Shown piece after piece: positions 27,281-39,950 of a DNA stretch of 64,000 nucleotides. The notes under the pieces are model-generated. The model did no database searches. It was not told the origin of the DNA and saw only the letters and a list, made by a program, of their open reading frames with translations. Source of the DNA: Eledone cirrhosa (Eukaryota); the NCBI GenBank assembly GCA_964016885.1, contig OZ024744.1, forward strand, positions 1,860,001-1,924,000, given 5' to 3'. A program made the position numbers and the translations under genes. The number at the start of each line of letters is the position of its first letter. Positions within the stretch are counted from its first letter, which is position 1.

Positions 27281-28149
27281 CAAGCTATCTTTCTCTACCT
27301 TGTCTTCCCCCAAAACTTCGTTCTTCACCAAGCTATCTTTCTCTACCTTGTCTTCCCACAAAACTTCGTTCTTCACCAAGCTATCTTTCTCTACCTTGTC
27401 TTCCCACAAAACGTCGTTCTTCACCAAGCTATCTTTCTCTACCTTGACTTCCTTCAAAACTTCGTTCTTCACCAAGCTATCTTTCTCTACCTTGTCTTCC
27501 CCCAAAACTTCGTTCTTCACCAAGCTATCTTTCTCTACCTTGTCTTCCCTCAACACTTCGTTCTTCACCAAGCTATCTTTCTCGACCTTGTCTTCTCCCA
27601 AAACTTCGTTATTCACCAAGCTATCTTTCTCTACCTTGTCTTCCCTCAAAACTTCGTTCTTCACCAAGTTATCTTTCTCTACCTTGTCTTCCCACAAAAC
27701 GTCATTCTTCACCAAGCTATCTTTCTCTACCTTGTCTTCCGTCAAACCTTCGTTCTTCACCAAGCTATCTTTCTCTACCTTGTCTTCCCTCAAAACGTCG
27801 TTCTTCGCCAAGCTATCTTTCTCTACCTTGTCCTCCCACAAAACTTCGTTCTTCACCAAGCTATCTTTCTCTACCTTGTCTTCCCCCAAAACTTCGTTCT
27901 TCGCAAGCTATCTTTCTCTACCTTGTCTTCCGTCAAAACTTCGTTCTTCACCAAGATATCTTTCTCTACCTTGTCTTCCCTCAAAACTTCGTTCTTCACC
28001 AAGCTATCTTTCTCTACCTTGTCTTCCCTCAGAACTTCGTTCTTCACCAAGCTATCTTTCTCTACCTTGTCTTCCCCCAAAACTTCGTTCTTCACCAAGC
28101 TATCTTTCTCTACATTGTCTTCCCCAAAACTTCGTTCTTCACCAAGCTA

Positions 28150-31100
28150 TCTTTCTCTACCTTGTCTTCCCTCAAAACGTCGTTCTTCACCAAGCTATCT
28201 TTCTCTACCTTGTCTTCCCCCAAAACTTCGTTCTTCACCAAGCTATCTTTCTCTACCTTGTCTTCCCCCAAAACTTCGTTCTTCACCAAGTCATCTTTCT
28301 CTACCTTGTCATCCCACAAAACGTCGTTCTTCACCAAGCTATCTTTCTCTATTTTGTCTTCCCTCAAAACGTCGTTCTTCACCAAGCTATCTTTCTCTAC
28401 CTTGTCTTCCCTCAAAATTTCGTTCTTCACCAAGCTATCTTTCTCGACCTTGTCTTCTCCCAAAACTTCGTTATTCAGCAAGCTATCTTTCTCTACCTTG
28501 TCTTCCCTCAAAACTTCGTTCTTCACCAAGCTATCTTTCTCTACCTTGTCTTCCCCCAAAACTTCGTTCTTCACCAAGCTATCTTTCTCTACCTTGTCTT
28601 CTCCCAAAACTTCGTTATTCACCAAGCTATCTTTCTCTACCTTGTCTTCCCTCAAAACTTCGTTCTTCACCAAGCTATCTTTCTCTACCTTGTCTTCCCC
28701 CAAAACTTCGTTCTTCACCAAGCTATCTTTCTCTACCTTGTCTTCCCCCAAAACTTCGTTCTTCACCAAGCTATCTTTCTCTACCTTGTCTTCCCCCAAA
28801 ACTTCGTTCTTCACCATGTCATCTTTCTCTACCTTGTCATCCCTCAAAACTTCGTTCTTCACCAAGCTATCTTTCTCTACCTTTTCTTCCCCCAAAACTT
28901 CGTTCTTCACCAAGCTATCTTTCTCTACCTTGTCTTCCCCCAAAACTTCGTTCTTCACCAAGCTATCTTTCTCTACCTTGTCTTCCCACAAAACGTCATT
29001 CTTCACCAAGCTATCTTTCTCTACCTTGTCTTCCGTCAAAACTTCGTTCTTCACCAAGATATCTTTCTCTACCTTGTCTCCTCCCAAAACTTCGTTCTTC
29101 ACCAAGCTATCTTTCTCTACCTTATCTTCCCTCAGAACTTCGTTCTTCACCAAGCTATCTCTCTCTACCTTGTCTTCCCCCAAAACTTCGTTCTTTACCA
29201 AGCTATCTTTCTCTACATTGTCTTCCCCAAAACTTCGTTCTTCACCAAGCTATCTTTCTCTACCTTGTCTTCCCCCAAAACGTCGTTCTTCACCAAGCTA
29301 TCTTTCTCTACCTTGTCTTCCCCCAAAACTTCGTTCTTCACCAAGCTATCTTTCTCTACCTTGTCATCCCCCAAAACTTCGTTCTTCACCAAGCTATCTT
29401 TCTCTACCTTGTCTTCCCCCAAAACTTCGTTCTTCACCAAGTCATCTTTCTCTACCTTGTCATCCCTCAAAACTTCGTTCTTCACCAATCTATCTTTCTC
29501 TACCTTGTCTTCCCCCAAAACTACGTTCTTCACCAAGCTATCTTTCTCTACCTTGTCTTCCCACAAAACTTCGTTCTTCACCAAGCTATCTTTCTCTACC
29601 TTGTCTTCCCACAAAACGTCGTTCTTCACCAAGCTATCTTTCTCTACCTTGACTTCCCTCAAAACTTCGTTCTTCACCAAGCTATCTTTCTCTACCTTGT
29701 CTTCCCCCAAAACTTCGTTCTTCACCAAGCTATCTTTCTCTACCTTGTCTTCCCTCAAAACTTCGTTCTTCACCAAGCTATCTTTCTCGACCTTGTCTTC
29801 TCCCAAAACTTCGTTATTCACCAAGCTATCTTTCTCTACCTTGTCTTCCCTCAAAACTTCGTTCATCACCAAGCTATCTTTCTCTACCTTGTCTTCCCAC
29901 AAAACGTCATTCTTCACCAAGCTATCTTTCTCTACCTTGTCTTCCGTCAAACCTTCGTTCTTCACCAAGCTATCTTTCTCTACCTTGTCTTCCCTCAAAA
30001 CGTCGTTCTTCACCAAGCTATCTTTCTCTACCTTGTCCTCCCACAAAACTTCGTTCTTCACCAAGCTATCTTTCTCTACCTTGTCTTCCCCCAAAACTTC
30101 GTTCTTCGCAAGCTATCTTCCTCTACCTTGTCTTCCGTCAAAACTTCGTTCTTCACCAAGATATCTTTCTCTACCTTGTCTTCCCACAAAACGTCGTTCT
30201 TCACCAAGCTATCTTTCTCTACCTTGTCTTCCCTCAGAACTTCGTTCTTCACCAAGCTATCTTTCTCTACCTTGTCTTCCCCCAAAACTTCGTTCTTCAC
30301 CAAGCTATCTTTCTCTACATTGTCTTCCCCAAAACTTCGTTCTTCACCAAGCTATCTTTCTCTACCTTGTCTTCCCTCAAAACTTCGTTCTTCACCAAGC
30401 TATCTTTCTCTACCTTGTTTTCCCCCAAAACTTCGTTCTTCACCAAGCTATCTTTCTCTACCTTGTCTTCCCCCAAAACTTCGTTCTTCACCAAGTCATC
30501 TTTCTCTACCTTGTCATCCCACAAAACGTCGTTCTTCACCAAGCTATCTTTCTCTATTTTGTCTTCCCTCAAAACGTCGTTCTTCACCAAGCTATCTTTC
30601 TCTACCTTGTCTTCCCTCAAAATTTCGTTCTTCACCAAGCTATCTTTCTCGACCTTGTCTTCTCCCAAAACTTCGTTATTCAGCAAGCTATCTTTCTCTA
30701 CCTTGTCTTCCCTCAAAACTTCGTTCTTCACCAAGCTATCTTTCTCTACCTTGTCTTCCCCCAAAACTTCGTTCTTCACCAAGCTATCTTTCTCTACCTT
30801 GTCATCTCCCAAAACTTCGTTATTCACCAAGCTATCTTTCTCTGCCTTGTCTTCCCTCAAAACTTCGTTATTCACCAAGCTATCTTTCTCTACCTTGTCT
30901 TCCCCCAAAACTTCGTTCTTCACCAAGCTATCTTTCTCTACCTTGTCTTCCCCCAAAACTTCGTTCTTCACCAAGCTATCTTTCTCTACCTTGTCTTCCC
31001 CCAAAACTTCGTTCTTCACCATGTCATCTTTCTCTACCTTGTCATCCCTCAAAACTTCGTTCTTCACCAATCTATCTTTCTCTACCTTGTCTTCCCCCAA

Positions 31101-34100
31101 AACTTCGTTCTTCACCAAGCTATCTTTCTCTACCTTGTCTTCCCCCAAAACTTCGTTCTTCACCAAGCTATCTTTCTCTACCTTGTCTTCCCACAAAACG
31201 TCATTCTTCACCAAGCTATCTTTCTCTACCTTGTCTTCCGTCAAAACTTCGTTCTTCACCAAGATATCTTTCTCTACCTTGTCTCCTCCCAAAACTTCGT
31301 TCTTCACCAAGCTATCTTTCTCTACCTTATCTTCCCTCAGAACTTCGTTCTTCACCAAGCTATCTCTCTCTACCTTGTCTTCCCCCAAAACTTCGTTCTT
31401 TACCAAGCTATCTTTCTCTACATTGTCTTCCCCAAAACTTCGTTCTTCACCAAGCTATCTTTCTCTACCTTTGCTTCCCTCAAAACGTCGTTCTTCACCA
31501 AGCTATCTTTCTCTACCTTGTCTTCCCCCAAAACTTCGTTCTTCACCAAGCTATCTTTCTCTACCTTGTCTTCCCCCAAAACTTCGTTCTTCACCAAGCT
31601 ATCTTTCTCTACCTTGTCTTCCCCCAAAACTTCGTTCTTCACCAAGTCATCTTTCTCTACCTTGTCATCCCTCAAAACTTCGTTCTTCACCAATCTATCT
31701 TTCTCTACCTTGTCTTCCCCCAAAACTTCGTTCTTCACCAAGCTATCTTTCTCTAGCTTGTCTTCCCACAAAACGTCGTTCTTCACCAAGCTATCTTTCT
31801 CTACCTTGTCTTCCCTCAAAACGTCGTTCTTCACCAAGCTATCTTTCTCTACCTTGTCTTCCCTCAAAACATCGTTCTTCACCAAGCTATCTTTCTCTAC
31901 CTTGTCTTCTCCCAAAACTTCGTTATTCACCAAGCTATCTTTCTCTACCTTGTCTTCCCTCAAAACTTCGTTCTTCACCAAGCTATCTTTCTCTACTTTG
32001 TCTTCCCCCAAAACTTCGTTCTTCACCAAGCTATCTTTCTCTACCTTGTCTTCCCCCAAAACTTCGTTCTTCACCAAGCTATCTTTCTCTAGCTTGTCTT
32101 CACACAAAACTTCGTTCTTCACCAAGCTATCTTTCTCTACCTTGTCTTCCCCCAAAACTTCGTTCTTCACCAAGCTATCTTTCTCTACCTTGTCTTCCCC
32201 AAAACTTCGTTCTTCACCAAGCTATCTTTCTCTACCTTGTCTTCCTCCAAAACTTTGTTGTTCACCAAGCTATCTTTCTCTACCTTGTCTTCCCCCAAAA
32301 CTTCGTTCTTCACCAAGCTATCTTTCTCTACCTTGTCTTCCCCCAAAACTTCGTTCTTCACCAAGCTATCTTCCTCTACCTTGTCTTCCCACAAAACTTC
32401 GTTCTTCACCAAGCTATCTTTCTCTACCTTGTCTTCCCACAAAACGTCGTTCTTCACCAAGCTATCTTTCTCTACCTTGTCTTCCCTCAAAACTTCGTTC
32501 TTCACCAAGCTATCTTTCTCTACATTGTCTTCCTCAAAACTTCGTTCTTCACCAAGCTATCTTTCTCTACCTTGTCTTCCCCCAAAACTTCGTTCTTCAC
32601 CAAGCTATCTTTCTCTACCTTGTCTTCCCTCAAAACGTCGTTCTTCACCAAGCTATCTTTCTCTACCTTGTCTTCCCCCAAAACTTCGTTCTTCACCAAG
32701 CTATCTTTCTCTACCTTGTCTTCCCCCAAAACTTCGTTCTTCACCAAGTCATCTTTCTCTACCTTGTCATCCCACAAAACGTCGTTCTTCACCATGCTAT
32801 CTTTCTCTATTTTGTCTTCCCTCAAAACGTCGTTCTTCACCAAGCTATCTTTCTCTACCTTGTCTTCCCTCAAAATTTCGTTCTTCACCAAGCTATCTTT
32901 CTCGACCTTGTCTTCTCCCAAAACTTCGTTATTCAGCAAGCTATCTTTCTCTACCTTGTCTTCCCTCAAAACTTCGTTCTTCACCAAGCTATCTTTCTCT
33001 ACCTTGTCTTCCCTCAAAACGTCGTTCTTCACCAAGCTATCTTTCTCTACCTTGTCTTCCCCCAAAACTTCGTTCTTCACCAAGCTATCTTTCTCTACCT
33101 TGTCTTCCCCCAAAACTTCGTTCTTCACCAAGTCATCTTTCTCTACCTTGTCATCCCACAAAACGTCGTTCTTCACCAAGCTATCTTTCTCTATTTTGTC
33201 TTCCCTCAAAACGTCGTTCTTCACCAAGCTATCTTTCTCTACCTTGTCTTCCCTCAAAATTTCGTTCTTCACCAAGCTATCTTTCTCGACCTTGTCTTCT
33301 CCCAAAACTTCGTTATTCAGCAAGCTATCTTTCTCTACCTTGTCTTCCCTCAAAACTTCGTTCTTCACCAAGCTATCTTTCTCTACCTTGTCTTCCCCCA
33401 AAACTTCGTTCTTCACCAAGCTATCTTTCTCTACCTTGTCTTCTCCCAAAACTTCGTTATTCACCAAGCTATCTTTCTCTACCTTGTCTTCCCTCAAAAC
33501 TTCGTTCTTCACCAAGCTATCTTTCTCTACCTTGTCTTCCCCCAAAACTTCGTTCTTCACCAAGCTATCTTTCTCTACCTTGTCTTCCCCCAAAACTTCG
33601 TTCTTCACCAAGCTATCTTTCTCTACCTTGTCTTCCCCCAAAACTTCGTTCTTCACCATGTCATCTTTCTCTACCTTGTCATCCCTCAAAACTTCGTTCT
33701 TCACCAAGCTATCTTTCTCTACCTTTTCTTCCCCCAAAACTTCGTTCTTCACCAAGCTATCTTTCTCTACCTTGTCTTCCCCCAAAACTTCGTTCTTCAC
33801 CAAGCTATCTTTCTCTACCTTGTCTTCCCACAAAACGTCATTCTTCACCAAGCTATCTTTCTCTACCTTGTCTTCCGTCAAAACTTCGTTCTTCACCAAG
33901 ATATCTTTCTCTACCTTGTCTCCTCCCAAAACTTCGTTCTTCACCAAGCTATCTTTCTCTACCTTATCTTCCCTCAGAACTTCGTTCTTCACCAAGCTAT
34001 CTCTCTCTACCTTGTCTTCCCCCAAAACTTCGTTCTTTACCAAGCTATCTTTCTCTACATTGTCTTCCCCAAAACTTCGTTCTTCACCAAGCTATCTTTC

Positions 34101-37034
34101 TCTACCTTGTCTTCCCCCAAAACGTCGTTCTTCACCAAGCTATCTTTCTCTACCTTGTCTTCCCCCAAAACTTCGTTCTTCACCAAGCTATCTTTCTCTA
34201 CCTTGTCATCCCCCAAAACTTCGTTCTTCACCAAGCTATCTTTCTCTACCTTGTCTTCCCCCAAAACTTCGTTCTTCACCAAGTCATCTTTCTCTACCTT
34301 GTCATCCCTCAAAACTTCGTTCTTCACCAATCTATCTTTCTCTACCTTGTCTTCCCCCAAAACTACGTTCTTCACCAAGCTATCTTTCTCTACCTTGTCT
34401 TCCCACAAAACTTCGTTCTTCACCAAGCTATCTTTCTCTACCTTGTCTTCCCACAAAACGTCGTTCTTCACCAAGCTATCTTTCTCTACCTTGACTTCCC
34501 TCAAAACTTCGTTCTTCACCAAGCTATCTTTCTCTACCTTGTCTTCCCCCAAAACTTCGTTCTTCACCAAGCTATCTTTCTCTACCTTGTCTTCCCTCAA
34601 AACTTCGTTCTTCACCAAGCTATCTTTCTCGACCTTGTCTTCTCCCAAAACTTCGTTATTCACCAAGCTATCTTTCTCTACCTTGTCTTCCCTCAAAACT
34701 TCGTTCATCACCAAGCTATCTTTCTCTACCTTGTCTTCCCACAAAACGTCATTCTTCACCAAGCTATCTTTCTCTACCTTGTCTTCCGTCAAACCTTCGT
34801 TCTTCACCAAGCTATCTTTCTCTACCTTGTCTTCCCTCAAAACGTCGTTCTTCACCAAGCTATCTTTCTCTACCTTGTCCTCCCACAAAACTTCGTTCTT
34901 CACCAAGCTATCTTTCTCTACCTTGTCTTCCCCCAAAACTTCGTTCTTCGCAAGCTATCTTCCTCTACCTTGTCTTCCGTCAAAACTTCGTTCTTCACCA
35001 AGATATCTTTCTCTACCTTGTCTTCCCACAAAACGTCGTTCTTCACCAAGCTATCTTTCTCTACCTTGTCTTCCCTCAGAACTTCGTTCTTCACCAAGCT
35101 ATCTTTCTCTACCTTGTCTTCCCCCAAAACTTCGTTCTTCACCAAGCTATCTTTCTCTACATTGTCTTCCCCAAAACTTCGTTCTTCACCAAGCTATCTT
35201 TCTCTACCTTGTCTTCCCTCAAAACTTCGTTCTTCACCAAGCTATCTTTCTCTACCTTGTTTTCCCCCAAAACTTCGTTCTTCACCAAGCTATCTTTCTC
35301 TACCTTGTCTTCCCCCAAAACTTCGTTCTTCACCAAGTCATCTTTCTCTACCTTGTCATCCCACAAAACGTCGTTCTTCACCAAGCTATCTTTCTCTATT
35401 TTGTCTTCCCTCAAAACGTCGTTCTTCACCAAGCTATCTTTCTCTACCTTGTCTTCCCTCAAAATTTCGTTCTTCACCAAGCTATCTTTCTCTACCTTGT
35501 CTTCCCCCAAAACTTCGTTCTTCACCAAGCTATCTTTCTCTACCTTGTCATCTCCCAAAACTTCGTTATTCACCAAGCTATCTTTCTCTGCCTTGTCTTC
35601 CCTCAAAACTTCGTTATTCACCAAGCTATCTTTCTCTACCTTGTCTTCCCCCAAAACTTCGTTCTTCACCAAGCTATCTTTCTCTACCTTGTCTTCCCCC
35701 AAAACTTCGTTCTTCACCAAGCTATCTTTCTCTACCTTGTCTTCCCCCAAAACTTCGTTCTTCACCATGTCATCTTTCTCTACCTTGTCATCCCTCAAAA
35801 CTTCGTTCTTCACCAATCTATCTTTCTCTACCTTGTCTTCCCCCAAAACTTCGTTCTTCACCAAGCTATCTTTCTCTACCTTGTCTTCCCCCAAAACTTC
35901 GTTCTTCACCAAGCTATCTTTCTCTACCTTGTCTTCCCACAAAACGTCATTCTTCACCAAGCTATCTTTCTCTACCTTGTCTTCCGTCAAAACTTCGTTC
36001 TTCACCAAGATATCTTTCTCTACCTTGTCTCCTCCCAAAACTTCGTTCTTCACCAAGCTATCTTTCTCTACCTTATCTTCCCTCAGAACTTCGTTCTTCA
36101 CCAAGCTATCTCTCTCTACCTTGTCTTCCCCCAAAACTTCGTTCTTTACCAAGCTATCTTTCTCTACATTGTCTTCCCCAAAACTTCGTTCTTCACCAAG
36201 CTATCTTTCTCTACCTTGTCTTCCCTCAAAACGTCGTTCTTCACCAAGCTATCTTTCTCTACCTTGTCTTCCCCCAAAACTTCGTTCTTCACCAAGCTAT
36301 CTTTCTCTACCTTGTCTTCCCCCAAAACTTCGTTCTTCACCAAGCTATCTTTCTCTACCTTGTCTTCCCCCAAAACTTCGTTCTTCACCAAGTCATCTTT
36401 CTCTACCTTGTCATCCCTCAAAACTTCGTTCTTCACCAATCTATCTTTCTCTACCTTGTCTTCCCCCAAAACTTCGTTCTTCACCAAGCTATCTTTCTCT
36501 AGCTTGTCTTCCCACAAAACGTCGTTCTTCACCAAGCTATCTTTCTCTACCTTGTCTTCCCTCAAAACGTCGTTCTTCACCAAGCTATCTTTCTCTACCT
36601 TGTCTTCCCTCAAAACATCGTTCTTCACCAAGCTATCTTTCTCTACCTTGTCTTCTCCCAAAACTTCGTTATTCACCAAGCTATCTTTCTCTACCTTGTC
36701 TTCCCTCAAAACTTCGTTCTTCACCAAGCTATCTTTCTCTACTTTGTCTTCCCCCAAAACTTCGTTCTTCACCAAGCTATCTTTCTCTACCTTGTCTTCC
36801 CCCAAAACTTCGTTCTTCACCAAGCTATCTTTCTCTAGCTTGTCTTCACACAAAACTTCGTTCTTCACCAAGCTATCTTTCTCTACCTTGTCTTCCCCCA
36901 AAACTTCGTTCTTCACCAAGCTATCTTTCTCTACCTTGTCTTCCCCAAAACTTCGTTCTTCACCAAGCTATCTTTCTCTACCTTGTCTTCCTCCAAAACT
37001 TTGTTGTTCACCAAGCTATCTTTCTCTACCTTGT
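28150..37034. repeat. Block duplication ~28150-32290 to ~32992-37034, offset 4842 bp changing to 4746 bp after a two-monomer gap at ~35490
   Basis: ORF pairs 29213/34055, 30076/34918 and 30315/35157 (4842), then 31418/36164 (4746). Shared private markers CCTTTTCTT, AACTACG, GTTCATCACC and CTTCCTCT. Confidence 0.9.
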
Positions 37035-39950
37035 CCTCCCACAAAACTTCGTTCTTCACCAAGCTATCTTTCTCTACCTTGTCTTCCCCCAAAACTTCGT
37101 TCTTCGCAAGCTATCTTCCTCTACCTTGTCTTCCGTCAAAACTTCGTTCTTCACCAAGATATCTTTCTCTACCTTGTCTTCCCACAAAACGTCGTTCTTC
37201 ACCAAGCTATCTTTCTCTACCTTGTCTTCCCTCAGAACTTCGTTCTTCACCAAGCTATCTTTCTCTACCTTGTCTTCCCCCAAAACTTCGTTCTTCACCA
37301 AGCTATCTTTCTCTACATTGTCTTCCCCAAAACTTCGTTCTTCACCAAGCTATCTTTCTCTACCTTGTCTTCCCTCAAAACTTCGTTCTTCACCAAGCTA
37401 TCTTTCTCTACCTTGTTTTCCCCCAAAACTTCGTTCTTCACCAAGCTATCTTTCTCTACCTTGTCTTCCCCCAAAACTTCGTTCTTCACCAAGTCATCTT
37501 TCTCTACCTTGTCATCCCACAAAACGTCGTTCTTCACCAAGCTATCTTTCTCTATTTTGTCTTCCCTCAAAACGTCGTTCTTCACCAAGCTATCTTTCTC
37601 TACCTTGTCTTCCCTCAAAATTTCGTTCTTCACCAAGCTATCTTTCTCGACCTTGTCTTCTCCCAAAACTTCGTTATTCAGCAAGCTATCTTTCTCTACC
37701 TTGTCTTCCCTCAAAACTTCGTTCTTCACCAAGCTATCTTTCTCTACCTTGTCTTCCCCCAAAACTTCGTTCTTCACCAAGCTATCTTTCTCTACCTTGT
37801 CATCTCCCAAAACTTCGTTATTCACCAAGCTATCTTTCTCTGCCTTGTCTTCCCTCAAAACTTCGTTATTCACCAAGCTATCTTTCTCTACCTTGTCTTC
37901 CCCCAAAACTTCGTTCTTCACCAAGCTATCTTTCTCTACCTTGTCTTCCCCCAAAACTTCGTTCTTCACCAAGCTATCTTTCTCTACCTTGTCTTCCCCC
38001 AAAACTTCGTTCTTCACCATGTCATCTTTCTCTACCTTGTCATCCCTCAAAACTTCGTTCTTCACCAATCTATCTTTCTCTACCTTGTCTTCCCCCAAAA
38101 CTTCGTTCTTCACCAAGCTATCTTTCTCTACCTTGTCTTCCCCCAAAACTTCGTTCTTCACCAAGCTATCTTTCTCTACCTTGTCTTCCCACAAAACGTC
38201 ATTCTTCACCAAGCTATCTTTCTCTACCTTGTCTTCCGTCAAAACTTCGTTCTTCACCAAGATATCTTTCTCTACCTTGTCTCCTCCCAAAACTTCGTTC
38301 TTCACCAAGCTATCTTTCTCTACCTTATCTTCCCTCAGAACTTCGTTCTTCACCAAGCTATCTCTCTCTACCTTGTCTTCCCCCAAAACTTCGTTCTTTA
38401 CCAAGCTATCTTTCTCTACATTGTCTTCCCCAAAACTTCGTTCTTCACCAAGCTATCTTTCTCTACCTTGTCTTCCCTCAAAACGTCGTTCTTCACCAAG
38501 CTATCTTTCTCTACCTTGTCTTCCCCCAAAACTTCGTTCTTCACCAAGCTATCTTTCTCTACCTTGTCTTCCCCCAAAACTTCGTTCTTCACCAAGCTAT
38601 CTTTCTCTACCTTGTCTTCCCCCAAAACTTCGTTCTTCACCAAGTCATCTTTCTCTACCTTGTCATCCCTCAAAACTTCGTTCTTCACCAATCTATCTTT
38701 CTCTACCTTGTCTTCCCCCAAAACTTCGTTCTTCACCAAGCTATCTTTCTCTAGCTTGTCTTCCCACAAAACGTCGTTCTTCACCAAGCTATCTTTCTCT
38801 ACCTTGTCTTCCCTCAAAACGTCGTTCTTCACCAAGCTATCTTTCTCTACCTTGTCTTCCCTCAAAACATCGTTCTTCACCAAGCTATCTTTCTCTACCT
38901 TGTCTTCTCCCAAAACTTCGTTATTCACCAAGCTATCTTTCTCTACCTTGTCTTCCCTCAAAACTTCGTTCTTCACCAAGCTATCTTTCTCTACTTTGTC
39001 TTCCCCCAAAACTTCGTTCTTCACCAAGCTATCTTTCTCTACCTTGTCTTCCCCCAAAACTTCGTTCTTCACCAAGCTATCTTTCTCTAGCTTGTCTTCA
39101 CACAAAACTTCGTTCTTCACCAAGCTATCTTTCTCTACCTTGTCTTCCCCCAAAACTTCGTTCTTCACCAAGCTATCTTTCTCTACCTTGTCTTCCCCAA
39201 AACTTCGTTCTTCACCAAGCTATCTTTCTCTACCTTGTCTTCCTCCAAAACTTTGTTGTTCACCAAGCTATCTTTCTCTACCTTGTCTTCCCCCAAAACT
39301 TCGTTCTTCACCAAGCTATCTTTCTCTACCTTGTCTTCCCCCAAAACTTCGTTCTTCACCAAGCTATCTTCCTCTACCTTGTCTTCCCACAAAACTTCGT
39401 TCTTCACCAAGCTATCTTTCTCTACCTTGTCTTCCCACAAAACGTCGTTCTTCACCAAGCTATCTTTCTCTACCTTGTCTTCCCTCAAAACTTCGTTCTT
39501 CACCAAGCTATCTTTCTCTACATTGTCTTCCTCAAAACTTCGTTCTTCACCAAGCTATCTTTCTCTACCTTGTCTTCCCCCAAAACTTCGTTCTTCACCA
39601 AGCTATCTTTCTCTACCTTGTCTTCCCCCAAAACTTCGTTCTTCACCAAGCTATCTTTCTCTACCTTGTCTTCCCCCAAAACTTCGTTCTTCACCAAGTC
39701 ATCTTTCTCTACCTTGTCATCCCACAAAACGTCGTTCTTCACCATGCTATCTTTCTCTATTTTGTCTTCCCTCAAAACGTCGTTCTTCACCAAGCTATCT
39801 TTCTCTACCTTGTCTTCCCTCAAAATTTCGTTCTTCACCAAGCTATCTTTCTCGACCTTGTCTTCTCCCAAAACTTCGTTATTCAGCAAGCTATCTTTCT
39901 CTACCTTGTCTTCCCTCAAAACTTCGTTCTTCACCAAGCTATCTTTCTCT
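37030..39950. repeat. Further copy of ~30030-33000 (offset 6998 bp)
   Basis: ORF pairs 30076/37074, 30315/37313, 31418/38416, 32185/39183 and 32520/39518. Shared CTCCAAAACTTTGTTG and ACCATGCTAT markers. Confidence 0.88.
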
